The notes under the pieces are model-generated. The model did no database searches. It worked only from the letters and a program-made list of their open reading frames with translations, and was not told where the DNA came from. DNA of 64,000 bases, taken from contig JBAXWY010000005.1 of assembly GCA_037128175.1 (NCBI GenBank), forward strand, positions 40,945 through 104,944, in the 5' to 3' direction. The first letter of the stretch is position 1. Every line of letters begins with the position of its first letter. A program made the position numbers and the translations under genes. Shown here one piece after another: positions 49,303 through 58,546 of this stretch. This DNA comes from Methanothrix sp. Lineage in GTDB: Archaea; Halobacteriota; Methanosarcinia; Methanotrichales; Methanotrichaceae.

Positions 49303-50313
49303 ATGGGCGTTGATTTGGGAGACCTGCTGCATAGAAAGAAGATCAAGATAAAGGATCTCTCCGGAAGATGGGTGGCGATCGATGCCTTCAACACCCTCTA
49401 CCAGTTCCTGAGCATAATCCGGCAAAAGGACGGCACGCCGCTCATGGACAGCCAGGGAAGGGTGACCTCGCATCTATCCGGTTTATTGTACCGCACTACC
49501 AATCTCATTGAAGCTGGGGTCAAGGTGGCCTTTATCTTCGACGGAGAGCCGCCCTCCTTTAAGGCAGAAACGCTTGCCCAGAGGTCAGAGATAAGGGATA
49601 AGGCGGCAGCCGCCTGGGAAGAAGCAAAGGCCGCCGGCCAGGATGGATTCAAGTATGCCCAGGCGGCCTCCCGCATCAACTCCGAGATCCTGGAGGACGG
49701 AAGAAGGCTTATTTTAGCCATGGGGCTTCCCGTCATTCAGGCTCCATCGGAAGGCGAAGCGCAGGCAGCTCGCATGTGCGCAAGGGGCGACGTCGAACTG
49801 GTGGGTAGCCAGGACTATGATTCGCTTCTCTTTGGCGCTCCCTTGGTAGTGAGGAACCTGGCCATCACCGGCAAGCGGAAGCTTCCCAAGAGGAACGTTT
49901 ACGTGGATGTGGAGCCTGAGATTATCGATCTGGAGGAAGGGCTGGCCCGCCTGGGCATCAGCCGAAAGCAGCTCGTGGAGATTGGCATCATGTGCGGCAC
50001 CGACTACAACAGCGGCTTAACCCGAGTCGGCCCAAAGACGGCTTTAAAGCTGATCCGGGAGAAGGGAGATCTGGAATCCATTCTGGCCGAGCAGGAGGAG
50101 AAGATCGAGAGCTTCGCACAGATCCGGGAATTCTTCCTTCATCCCAATGTTACGGACGATTATGAGGTCAGGATGAAAAAGCCCCGCGTGGATGAGATCG
50201 TCTCTTTCCTGGTAGAAGAGCGGGATTTTGATAGGGAGAGAGTGGAAAAGACAGCGGGAAGGCTGGAGGAGGAATACAAACGTGGCCAGAGCACACTCGA
50301 CCGCTGGTTCTAA
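49303..50313 (+). CDS. fen: Flap endonuclease 1
   Basis: MGV, DAFNTLYQFL, APSEGEAQA, SQDYDSLLFG, GTDYN, PIP box QSTLDRWF. Confidence 0.97.
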   Translation: MGVDLGDLLHRKKIKIKDLSGRWVAIDAFNTLYQFLSIIRQKDGTPLMDSQGRVTSHLSGLLYRTTNLIEAGVKVAFIFDGEPPSFKAETLAQRSEIRDKAAAAWEEAKAAGQDGFKYAQAASRINSEILEDGRRLILAMGLPVIQAPSEGEAQAARMCARGDVELVGSQDYDSLLFGAPLVVRNLAITGKRKLPKRNVYVDVEPEIIDLEEGLARLGISRKQLVEIGIMCGTDYNSGLTRVGPKTALKLIREKGDLESILAEQEEKIESFAQIREFFLHPNVTDDYEVRMKKPRVDEIVSFLVEERDFDRERVEKTAGRLEEEYKRGQSTLDRWF

Positions 50314-51295
50314 CTCCGGCTTCTCCGGCTACGATCTGGACCTGGATAAAGCCATAGATCTTATCCAAAAGAGCGGGGCGCGTCTTGTGGGCGTTCAGGC
50401 TCCGGAGGGGCTGAAGAGGGCCACGCCCGGTTTGGCTCGACATATTGAGGAGAAGACGGGAGCCCGTGTCATTATCTCGGGAGATCCCTGCTTTGGGGCC
50501 TGCGACGTGGATATGCAGCTTTGCATGGAGGTGGATCTGATGCTCCATCTGGGCCATGCACAGCTTTTGGAAGGGCCGGACAATGTCATCTTTTTGGAGG
50601 CCAGGATGAAAGAGGACTTGCGAGACGTGGTCGAGAAGGCAGCCATGGTCCTCAAGGCCAGGAGAGTGGGCGTTACTACTACCATCCAGCATGTGCACAA
50701 GCTCGACCAGGCTCTAGAGGTCCTCAAAAAGCATGGCATCCAGGGCGTCGTCGGGCCGGCAGGGGGCCGGGTAAGGCAAGCGGGCCAGGTTTTGGGCTGC
50801 AGCTACAGCACGGCCCGGGCCCTGGATGTGGAGGAGTATCTCTTCATCGGCACAGGACAGTTTCATCCTCTGGGCATCGCCCTGGCCACGGGCAAGAGAG
50901 TAGTAATCGCAGATCCGGCTACCGGCGAGGTATCGGAGATCGATACCGACCCCATGCTGCGGCGGCGCTTTGGGGCCATCACCCGGGCCGGAGAGGCGAA
51001 GCGCTTCGCCATCCTGGTTTCCAAGAAGCCCGGACAGAAACGGATGGAGCTGGCAACAAGGCTGAAGGCCTTGGGAGAGTCCAGAGGCCGGGAGATGTTC
51101 CTGGTTTATCTGGACAATATCGAGCCGGACCGGCTGCTCAATCTGGGAGCGGAGGCGGCGGTGTCCACGGCCTGCCCCAGGGTTGCGCTCGATGATGCTG
51201 CCAAATATCGAATACCCATTCTTACGCCGCCCGAATTCGAGGTGCTGCTGGGGGAGAGAGAGTGGGAGGAATATGAGTTTGATGAGATTGAATGA
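50282..51295 (+). CDS. dph2: Diphthamide biosynthesis protein Dph2
   Basis: QAPEGLK, PCFGACD, GQVLGC, TACPR (three Fe-S cysteines); start approximate. Confidence 0.92.
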   Translation: MARAHSTAGSNSGFSGYDLDLDKAIDLIQKSGARLVGVQAPEGLKRATPGLARHIEEKTGARVIISGDPCFGACDVDMQLCMEVDLMLHLGHAQLLEGPDNVIFLEARMKEDLRDVVEKAAMVLKARRVGVTTTIQHVHKLDQALEVLKKHGIQGVVGPAGGRVRQAGQVLGCSYSTARALDVEEYLFIGTGQFHPLGIALATGKRVVIADPATGEVSEIDTDPMLRRRFGAITRAGEAKRFAILVSKKPGQKRMELATRLKALGESRGREMFLVYLDNIEPDRLLNLGAEAAVSTACPRVALDDAAKYRIPILTPPEFEVLLGEREWEEYEFDEIE

Positions 51296-51296
51296 C

Positions 51297-52307
51297 ATGT
51301 GTGAATCGAAAACCATCTGGTGGGACGGCGGCCTGTGTCTGATCGATCAGACCCGTCTGCCTGGCGAGCTTTTGCCCCTCTGCATAAAAAGCGTCCGGCA
51401 GCTCATCGAAGCGATCAAGACCCTGCGCGTGCGCGGTGCGCCGGCTCTTGGTGCCGCAGGAGGCTATGGGATAGCGCTGGCTGCAGAGCTCTCCCGGGCC
51501 GCCAACGCCTTTGAGTTGATGGATGAACTGGAGAATGCCGCCCATATGATCAAAGGCTCGCGCCCTACCGCCATCAACCTCTCCTGGGGAGTGGATCGAG
51601 TCATGCGGGCGGCGGCCCTTCAGGAGACGGCGGAAGATATTCGTATGGCAGCTCTTCGTGAGGCGGAGGAGATCGCCCGGGAAGATGTGCAGATCAACAA
51701 GCTCCTGGGCAAGAATGGAGCCCGGCTATTGGATGACGGGGACCATGTCCTCACTCACTGCAATGCCGGAAGGCTGGCCTGCGTGGGCTGGGGAACGGCT
51801 TTGGGCGTCATCCGATCCGCAGTTGCCGCAGGCAAGCATATCCATGTCTACGCCTGCGAGACCCGGCCTATGCACCAGGGATCGCGTCTGACCGCCTGGG
51901 AGCTGACAGAGGACGAAATACCGGTCACGCTCATCTGCGAAGGCATGTCCGGCAGCCTGATGAGGAAGGGCAAAATCGATAAGGTCATAGTGGGTGCCGA
52001 CCGCATCACCAGGGACGTCGTCTTCAACAAGATCGGCACCTACAGTCATGCTGTTTTGGCCCGCTATCACAAGGTCCCCTTCTATGTGGCAGCGCCGCTC
52101 TCCACCTTCGACCGCCTGCACCAGGAAGATGACATTGTGGTGGAAGAGCGCGATGCTGAGGAGATCTGCTCCCTGGCGGGCACGCGCCTCGCGCCCCAGG
52201 GCATCGAAGTCTACAATCCTGCCTTCGATGCCACGCCCCTGGAAATGGTGTCGGCCCTGATCACAGAGAAGGGCGTCTTCCGGCCACCGCTTATGCCGCC
52301 CATCTGA
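51297..52307 (+). CDS. mtnA: S-methyl-5-thioribose-1-phosphate isomerase
   Basis: IDQTRLP, VRGAPALG, RPTAINL, LTHCNAG, ETRP..QGSRLT, GADRI, NKIGT, NPAFDATP. Confidence 0.92.
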   Translation: MCESKTIWWDGGLCLIDQTRLPGELLPLCIKSVRQLIEAIKTLRVRGAPALGAAGGYGIALAAELSRAANAFELMDELENAAHMIKGSRPTAINLSWGVDRVMRAAALQETAEDIRMAALREAEEIAREDVQINKLLGKNGARLLDDGDHVLTHCNAGRLACVGWGTALGVIRSAVAAGKHIHVYACETRPMHQGSRLTAWELTEDEIPVTLICEGMSGSLMRKGKIDKVIVGADRITRDVVFNKIGTYSHAVLARYHKVPFYVAAPLSTFDRLHQEDDIVVEERDAEEICSLAGTRLAPQGIEVYNPAFDATPLEMVSALITEKGVFRPPLMPPI

Positions 52308-52342
52308 AAAGCATTTTAAGACGGGAGGATCAAATTGCTCTT

Positions 52343-53098
52343 ATGAATTTTGATCTGGCCGTCATCGGTGGTGTGGGCTATGCCCTGGAAGGGCTGGCGG
52401 ACGAGGTGGATACACCCTATGGCAAAGTGCCCATTGTCCGCTGCCGAGTGAAGGGACAAAAGATTGTCTTCATCTCCCGTCACGGAGAAGATCACCTGCC
52501 TCCCCACAAAGTCAACTACCGGGCCATAATCTCCGCCGCCAGGATATCGGGCGCAAACACGGTCATCTCCACCAACACCGTAGGCAGCATGGCCGGGCAC
52601 CCCATGGGCAGCATCTTTTTGCCGAGCGACTTTGTGGAGTTCACCAAATGCCGGCCCAATTCCTTCTTTGAAGATAAAGCCGTTCACGTGGATATGAGCA
52701 GGCCCTATTGCCCAAGGCTTCGTGCTTCTCTGGCCGAAGCGGCCGGCTCCATTGGCCAGCAGGTCGCGAAAGGTGTCTACGTCTGTGCCGAGGGCCCGCA
52801 ACTGGAGTCGCCTGCTCAGATCAGGATGATGCGCCAGTTCGGGGATGTGGTGGGCATGACCGGCTATCCTGAGGTAGTCCTGGCCAGAGAGGCGCAGCTT
52901 TGCTATGCATCGCTTTGCATCGTCACCAATCCCGCCGCGGGAATGAAGGGCGGAAGTGTCCTGGCCATCTCTGAGATCGCCGAGCTTATGAAAAAGTGCC
53001 AGGAAACTGTAGGGGAGATAATCTATCTGGCCGCGCAAAAAATTCCTGATCAGAGGTCATGCGGCTGCCAGGATGCCCTCGAAAATGCGGCACTTTAG
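52343..53098 (+). CDS. mtnP: MTAP/MTI-family purine nucleoside phosphorylase
   Basis: TPYG, RHG..H..PPHKVNYRA, EGPQLESPA, VGMTGYPE, VTNPAAG. Confidence 0.9.
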   Translation: MNFDLAVIGGVGYALEGLADEVDTPYGKVPIVRCRVKGQKIVFISRHGEDHLPPHKVNYRAIISAARISGANTVISTNTVGSMAGHPMGSIFLPSDFVEFTKCRPNSFFEDKAVHVDMSRPYCPRLRASLAEAAGSIGQQVAKGVYVCAEGPQLESPAQIRMMRQFGDVVGMTGYPEVVLAREAQLCYASLCIVTNPAAGMKGGSVLAISEIAELMKKCQETVGEIIYLAAQKIPDQRSCGCQDALENAAL

Positions 53099-53113
53099 GG
53101 CACTGCTGATAAC

Positions 53114-53473
53114 TTATATTTTCAATTTCGCAATCTCTTCTATGAACGTTTTTGATTTTTCCATAAATTTGCGTGCCATTTCGCGTTTAATATAATAAGA
53201 TAATCTATAATCCGCAATCTTTCTTTTTTCCTTAAGATCTATTAATCTACCACTTAACTCATCATCGCCATACATATCATCGAAATCTTTTAGCTTTTCG
53301 ATAACATCTTTATGATTTGCATATTCGCCCATCTGCAAGTGCTCTCTAGCAACATGAAATGCTGCATAATATGCTCTGCTAATTGAGCACCTGTAACCGA
53401 TTTCCTTATCGCAGCGGGTTGGATCATGTGCCCATTCGGCAAATTCTAAAAATTCGCTTGCATCTATCGGCAT
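53114..53473 (-). CDS. HEPN domain protein (putative toxin)
   Basis: SISRAYYAAFH ... LKEKRKIADY, typical of UPF0332-type HEPN proteins. Confidence 0.8.
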   Translation of the reverse strand: MPIDASEFLEFAEWAHDPTRCDKEIGYRCSISRAYYAAFHVAREHLQMGEYANHKDVIEKLKDFDDMYGDDELSGRLIDLKEKRKIADYRLSYYIKREMARKFMEKSKTFIEEIAKLKI

Positions 53474-53481
53474 TATCCTCT

Positions 53482-54024
53482 CTAATCTACAATGATATAT
53501 ACAAATTTATGAATTCTCTGGATGGTTGCGCGGGGCATTATCTTTCTTGCGTCGGTGGATTTATAAAATTCTTTGGTTGCTTTGCTTGCTTTTCTCCAAA
53601 TTTCGGAATTAAGCGAATAGTCATCCAATTTTATCTTAATGTCAGCATGTTTCCATTTTGGATTATCCTCGTCAGATTCTAATGCTACTTCAACACGACC
53701 TGGGTTTTCATATTCATCAAATATATTATTTATTATTTTTAATATGTTATATAACACATAATTAAAATGCCTATCCCCAGATAATAACTCTTTGATTTCT
53801 GCCTTAATGTTTAGCTTCGTGCCAAACGAGTCAGAAATTATTGGTATATCAGACATGATAGATTCATTAACATTACTATCCGTATTCTCGGATTTGCCAA
53901 CTGTGATTGTGCTCTTAATCCCGACTGGATCGAATTCTAACTTATAATCAGGCGATTTATTTGAGATAAATTCGACTCGGATCTGCTCGGAACTCACAAA
54001 AGATTTGCCCACATCGTCCCCCAT
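53482..54024 (-). CDS. AT-rich hypothetical protein, probable HEPN partner
   Basis: Ends 8 bp upstream of the HEPN gene on the same strand, with matching low GC. Confidence 0.55.
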   Translation of the reverse strand: MGDDVGKSFVSSEQIRVEFISNKSPDYKLEFDPVGIKSTITVGKSENTDSNVNESIMSDIPIISDSFGTKLNIKAEIKELLSGDRHFNYVLYNILKIINNIFDEYENPGRVEVALESDEDNPKWKHADIKIKLDDYSLNSEIWRKASKATKEFYKSTDARKIMPRATIQRIHKFVYIIVD

Positions 54025-54231
54025 ATCAGTCTCCTTCTTGATGCGTAATACCGTTGTAACACCCGGTATTTACATCTTGTGATGGCAGACTCACATGGAA
54101 ATCTGATAATGTAATGCACCGAATCGGGACTTTGGGTGCAAACACGACTTGATTTGCAGAACCTTACTTTACATGCAAAGCCCGCGTCATCAATAGCTTT
54201 ATATATTAATTTATGCAGTTAAACATAATCT

Positions 54232-54789
54232 ATGTATTCGAAACGTTTTGCCGGATTGCTTTCCTTCGTGGGAGCCTCTCAATTTCTCATCTTTATGCTC
54301 ATCTGTGAGGCACTTTATCCCGGCTACAGCATGTCCAATAATATGATAAGCGATCTTGGTATCGGCTCCACGGCTGGGTTCTTCAACAGCTCCATCATCG
54401 TCCTGGGTCTGCTGATCACTCTCTCGGCAATTACATTTCATTCTTTTCATAGAAATAAAATATTCACTATTCTCTTGATCTTGACCGGCATGGGAGCGAT
54501 GGGCGTCGGCCTTTTCCCTGAAAATATGAAGCCTTACCACGAGATCTTTGCCGGCATTACTTTTGTATTTGGCGGATTATCTGAAATCTTATCCTTTGCC
54601 TTGCTAAGATTTCCCATGTCTGTCGCGGTTATCTTCCTGGGCGGATTGACTTTAGGCTCCCTGGCATTGTTTGTGCTTGGAATCCACCTGGGACTGGGGC
54701 CGGGCGGCATGGAAAGGATGATCGTTTATCCGGTGATCCTCTGGGGAGCAGGCTTTGGAGGATATCTGATGGCCTCGGAAAGAAGATAA
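54232..54789 (+). CDS. DUF998 family membrane protein
   Basis: YPGYS..NNMISDLG, GVGLFPE, H, GGMERMIVYP. Confidence 0.85.
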   Translation: MYSKRFAGLLSFVGASQFLIFMLICEALYPGYSMSNNMISDLGIGSTAGFFNSSIIVLGLLITLSAITFHSFHRNKIFTILLILTGMGAMGVGLFPENMKPYHEIFAGITFVFGGLSEILSFALLRFPMSVAVIFLGGLTLGSLALFVLGIHLGLGPGGMERMIVYPVILWGAGFGGYLMASERR

Positions 54790-54791
54790 GA

Positions 54792-55574
54792 ATGCCTGAA
54801 CTTCCTGAAGTGGAGATGGCTCGCAGGTACTTGCAGGCCACAGCTCTGCACCAGACCATTCAAGCGGCCAAGGTCAAGGACGGGCGCATCCTGGCCAGGG
54901 TATCGGCGAGGGAGTTAGAGAAGGCCCTGGCCGGGAAAGAGTTTCACTCTGCTTCGCGGCACGGCAAGAGGCTCTTTTTGAAGTTGAACGATTCGCTCTG
55001 GCTGGCGCTTCATCTGGGCCTCACGGGAAGCCTGATCTATCTGGAAAGCGGGGCAGAGGAGCCGCGTCACACCCGCCTGCTGATAGCTTTCGAAAACGGC
55101 CACCGACTGGCCTTCGATGATCCCAGGATCTTTGGCGAGGTAGGCCTCACAAAAAGCCCCGCAGCCTTTTTAGTGGAGCGAAAGATCGGGCCGGATGCCT
55201 TGCTGCTTGAACGGGATGGCTTTATAAAGATCATGAGCGGCAGAAATGGCCTGATCAAACCGGCTTTACTCAATCAGAATCTTGTGGCAGGTCTCGGTAA
55301 TCTTTATGCGGATGAAGCACTTTTTCAGGCGGGCATCTGTCCGAAAACTCGCGGCCTGACAATTGAGCAGCTTATAGACCTCTATTCATCCATTCAGGAG
55401 GTGTTGAAGACGGCCCTTTTCACAGATGCCGATCTATCAAAGCTGCCCGATTCCTATCTCCTGCCCCACCGCCATCCAGGGGGCACGTGCCCTCGGGACG
55501 GTGCTCTTCTCCAGCACGAAAAGATCGTCGGTAGGACCAGCTACTTTTGCCCGGAGCATCAGAAAAAGGAATAA
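54792..55574 (+). CDS. mutM: Fpg/Nei family DNA glycosylase
   Basis: MPELPEVE, RHGK, HLGLTG, DPRIFG, LLNQ..VAGLGNLYADEAL, GRTSYFCP. Confidence 0.92.
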   Translation: MPELPEVEMARRYLQATALHQTIQAAKVKDGRILARVSARELEKALAGKEFHSASRHGKRLFLKLNDSLWLALHLGLTGSLIYLESGAEEPRHTRLLIAFENGHRLAFDDPRIFGEVGLTKSPAAFLVERKIGPDALLLERDGFIKIMSGRNGLIKPALLNQNLVAGLGNLYADEALFQAGICPKTRGLTIEQLIDLYSSIQEVLKTALFTDADLSKLPDSYLLPHRHPGGTCPRDGALLQHEKIVGRTSYFCPEHQKKE

Positions 55575-55661
55575 AGTTAAGGATAAATAGTACGAAACAA
55601 GTAAGATACCTGTCCAGCAGCTCTTGCAAAAATCGCGGCTGCGGGCGGGGAGGGAAGGAGA

Positions 55662-56054
55662 ATGAAAGAAGGAGGAGACGTTTTCTGCGATGTGATCGAC
55701 CGGTCGGTGCTGGCCAGCCTTCGAGAACTGCAAGATGAGGGAGATCCCGATATAGTCGCCGAGGTGGGTGGTCTTTTCATCAAGCATTCGCCGGATAAGA
55801 TAAATGCCATTATGCAGTCTGTAGAAAATGGGGACGCTAAGGGGCTGCACATGGCTGCCCACAGTCTGAAGTCGAGCAGCGCTTACGTAGGTGCTATGCG
55901 TCTTTCTGCCATGGCCAAGGAACTGGAGATGATGGGGCGGTCCAATTCATTGGGAGGGGCAACAGAGTTGTCGCAAAGGCTGAAAACGGAGTTTTTGCAG
56001 GTTATGACTGTTCTTGAAGCGGAGATCAATGAGCAAAGCAAAGGCCGTTTGTGA
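55662..56054 (+). CDS. Hpt domain phosphotransfer protein
   Basis: AAHSLKSSSAYVGA motif. Confidence 0.88.
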   Translation: MKEGGDVFCDVIDRSVLASLRELQDEGDPDIVAEVGGLFIKHSPDKINAIMQSVENGDAKGLHMAAHSLKSSSAYVGAMRLSAMAKELEMMGRSNSLGGATELSQRLKTEFLQVMTVLEAEINEQSKGRL

Positions 56055-56712
56055 TCGCGTCTATGTGGTAGGTGGATCGGACCTCTCTGCGCCCGAAGAC
56101 GCTTTTGTCTATCTGGTGGATGCCGGATCAGAGTTGGTGCTCATCGACTGCGGAGTAGGCGATGGGATGAGAAGAATCGAGGACAATATCCGGTCGCTGG
56201 GCTTTGAGCCGGCCGGCGTCTGGAACATAATTGCCACTCACTGCCATATCGATCATATCGGCGGCCTTTTCGCCTGGAAGGAGCGATACGGTTCTAAGAT
56301 AATTGCCCACGAACTGGACCGGGCGGGAATTGAGGGCGAGAATAACGTTCTTACTGCGGCCAGTATGTACGGTGTGGACTACAGACCAGTCTTGGTAGAC
56401 ACGCTCCTCAAGGGCGAGGCGGAAAAGCATACCTACGGTGATTTGGAGTTTAATTTCCTGCACACGCCTGGGCACACGCCCGGCAGCATATCGGTTTACA
56501 TCGATACTAAGGACGGGCGGGTCTTATTCGGGCAGGACATTCACGGGCCGTTCTCGTCTGCCTGGGGATCGGATCTAAAGAAGTGGCGCGTTTCCATGCA
56601 AAAGCTGCTGGCTCTGCGGGCGGATGTGCTCTGCGAGGGGCATGCGGGCATTTACCGGGGCGAGAAGGTAGGCAAGTACATCAAGTCGTTTTTGTTGAGA
56701 TACGAGGTCTAG
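56029..56712 (+). CDS. Metallo-beta-lactamase fold hydrolase
   Basis: THCHIDHIGG, HTPGHTPG, CEGH. Confidence 0.9.
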   Translation: MSKAKAVCDRVYVVGGSDLSAPEDAFVYLVDAGSELVLIDCGVGDGMRRIEDNIRSLGFEPAGVWNIIATHCHIDHIGGLFAWKERYGSKIIAHELDRAGIEGENNVLTAASMYGVDYRPVLVDTLLKGEAEKHTYGDLEFNFLHTPGHTPGSISVYIDTKDGRVLFGQDIHGPFSSAWGSDLKKWRVSMQKLLALRADVLCEGHAGIYRGEKVGKYIKSFLLRYEV

Positions 56713-56721
56713 ACGGTTGAG

Positions 56722-57297
56722 GTGATGCGCATAACCAACAAGTCGTGGCTTATAATAATTGCAATGGTACTGATCGCAGGTGCAATCTTTTTTTCCGAGG
56801 CTCCCAAATCTTCGCCATTCAGAGAGAGCTATAACTCGGCAGGCATCCCTGATAACTATTATTTAAGCCAGCCGGCCGCCGACATGGACAGCCCCATTGA
56901 ACTGGTCCGTTTTGCCACCAGCATCAAACCGGATGCAAGGAGCCTGAATATCCCCATGAAAGCTGCCTACTACCAATGGTATCTGAAGAATCGGGGCTTT
57001 AATGTGAGCTTTGCCTACAGCGATAATTTCCGAAATCAGGGCAATAGCCATGTCTGGCTCCTGGTAAAAAATCAGCAGGGCGAGAGCATGTATGTGGATC
57101 CCAGCGCCGATATGATGAAAGCCGATTCCATCTGTCCCACAATGCCCGAGTACAAGAGCTATCAAAGGACGTTTAAAGACATCAATGAGCTGTGCAGCAG
57201 TACGGGTGGAGTTGATAAATACGCCTGGTGGAATACGGGCAGCGGCAAGGAGCTGTTTGAGAACAGCGTTATGTTGCTGAAAAAAGAGCAGCTTTAG
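56722..57297 (+). CDS. Hypothetical exported protein
   Basis: N-terminal hydrophobic anchor; HVW..YVDP transglutaminase-like H/D pattern. Confidence 0.6.
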   Translation: MMRITNKSWLIIIAMVLIAGAIFFSEAPKSSPFRESYNSAGIPDNYYLSQPAADMDSPIELVRFATSIKPDARSLNIPMKAAYYQWYLKNRGFNVSFAYSDNFRNQGNSHVWLLVKNQQGESMYVDPSADMMKADSICPTMPEYKSYQRTFKDINELCSSTGGVDKYAWWNTGSGKELFENSVMLLKKEQL

Positions 57298-57325
57298 TCC
57301 GGAACTCTAGATTCCGGCCCACAAT

Positions 57326-57625
57326 CTATCCGCGAAACCCAAGCTTCTCGATTTCCAGGTTGATTCGCATCTCTTCCTCGGTCAGGTCCGGCTGTTCCAG
57401 GGCTTCTACAGCCTTACGGATGGCCACGCCCACCAATATGCCTTTCAGAAAAGCGTGTCGATTTTCTTCTTCGATGGTGTTGATGACACCGTTCATGTAC
57501 CGCTCAATGGTGGTGCCGGGATTCGTCCTGAAGGAATCGAGTTCGTCTGAAACCGCATTCAGTTCTTCCTCATCGAAACCAAAGCCCTTCAAGAATGCTA
57601 ATAGATCATCGTCGTCGCCGCTCAT
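57326..57625 (-). CDS. Small acidic hypothetical protein
   Basis: 99 aa ORF with core-like codon usage. Confidence 0.6.
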   Translation of the reverse strand: MSGDDDDLLAFLKGFGFDEEELNAVSDELDSFRTNPGTTIERYMNGVINTIEEENRHAFLKGILVGVAIRKAVEALEQPDLTEEEMRINLEIEKLGFRG

Positions 57626-57686
57626 GTATTGGATATTACGCGCTCAAAGTAGTTCTTCTTTTCGAATCTCTACGGATAAGAAAACT

Positions 57687-57758
57687 TGCGGCTGCCGGGA
57701 TTCGAACCCGGGTTACAGGCTTGGGAAGCCTATGTCATAACCGCTGGACCACAGCCGC
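57687..57758 (-). tRNA. tRNA-Gly(CCC), no encoded CCA
   Basis: GCGGCTG acceptor stem, anticodon arm ATAGGC-TTCCCAA-GCCTGT, T-arm CCGGG-TTCGAAT-CCCGG. Confidence 0.95.
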
Positions 57759-58258
57759 TCTATGACTTTGATATTTTGTGTGCCTAACATCGGTTTCTAA
57801 TTCTTTCTCTGCGTTTGTTGTAGAAAGTGAGCATGTTTTAATATATGAATCTTCTCGATAATTGACACACTTTTCTGTAACCTTTGGCTGTTGCCATAAT
57901 CATGATAAAGCAAAGCTCGTGCATATAAATGATCATAGAAATATACACAAAGGAAGAAAAAAGACGATGGAATAGAATCTCATCACGGAGTTGCTTGATT
58001 CAACTTTTTTGCCTACTGCTTCAATTGGTTCGCAGCATAACGATTTGTTGCGATTCATGTTGCTTTCTCTTTTTTTTTGGCTGAGCATTCTGTAACGTTA
58101 TTAATACTTCTTACCGAATTGATGCGTGTTCTGTCACCAATATTTAATATATTTTTAATATTCACACATATTTATAAATAATTTTGGAGTTTCATATGTA
58201 GAAAATTCTATATCCTTAAAAGACCAACGTGTTGAAAACCAGTATTATTAAACATAAT

Positions 58259-58423
58259 TACGTAATATACGTAGTAAATATAATATAAAGTACTAATGAA
58301 CATACTTCGACGATTTATCGCTTTTTCCCTTTATTCCTTAATTCCTACGTAGACTACGTAACAGCGTTGCTACATAGCGGTTTCGACTACGTAAGAGCTG
58401 AATTAGGGCTACGTAGATACGTA
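58259..58423. repeat. Cluster of seven TACGTA palindromes in an AT-rich non-coding region
   Basis: TACGTA at 58259, 58268, 58346, 58355, 58388, 58410, 58418 (plus TACATA at 58371). Confidence 0.8.
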
Positions 58424-58504
58424 ATAGCATCTATCTACTCATTTCAATGAACCTTGAGCAAAATTTAGAACCAGATATCTTATACTTTCCAAATAACTAT
58501 CTTA

Positions 58505-58540
58505 CAAAAAGGGGGCACGGCCAGAACCGAGCCTCTCTTT
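58505..58540 (-). terminator. Hairpin plus T-tract downstream of the oligopeptidase gene
   Basis: Minus strand aaagagaggctcggttctggccgtgccccctttttgt. Confidence 0.5.
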
Positions 58541-58546
58541 GCCCAT

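Noticed and set aside
54792-55574. Fpg/MutM in an archaeon as a novelty
   Set aside because: Bacterial-type Fpg/Nei homologues are already known in some euryarchaea, and the context is ordinary.
57360-57740. 126 aa plus-strand ORF
   Set aside because: Antisense to the 99 aa CDS and to tRNA-Gly.
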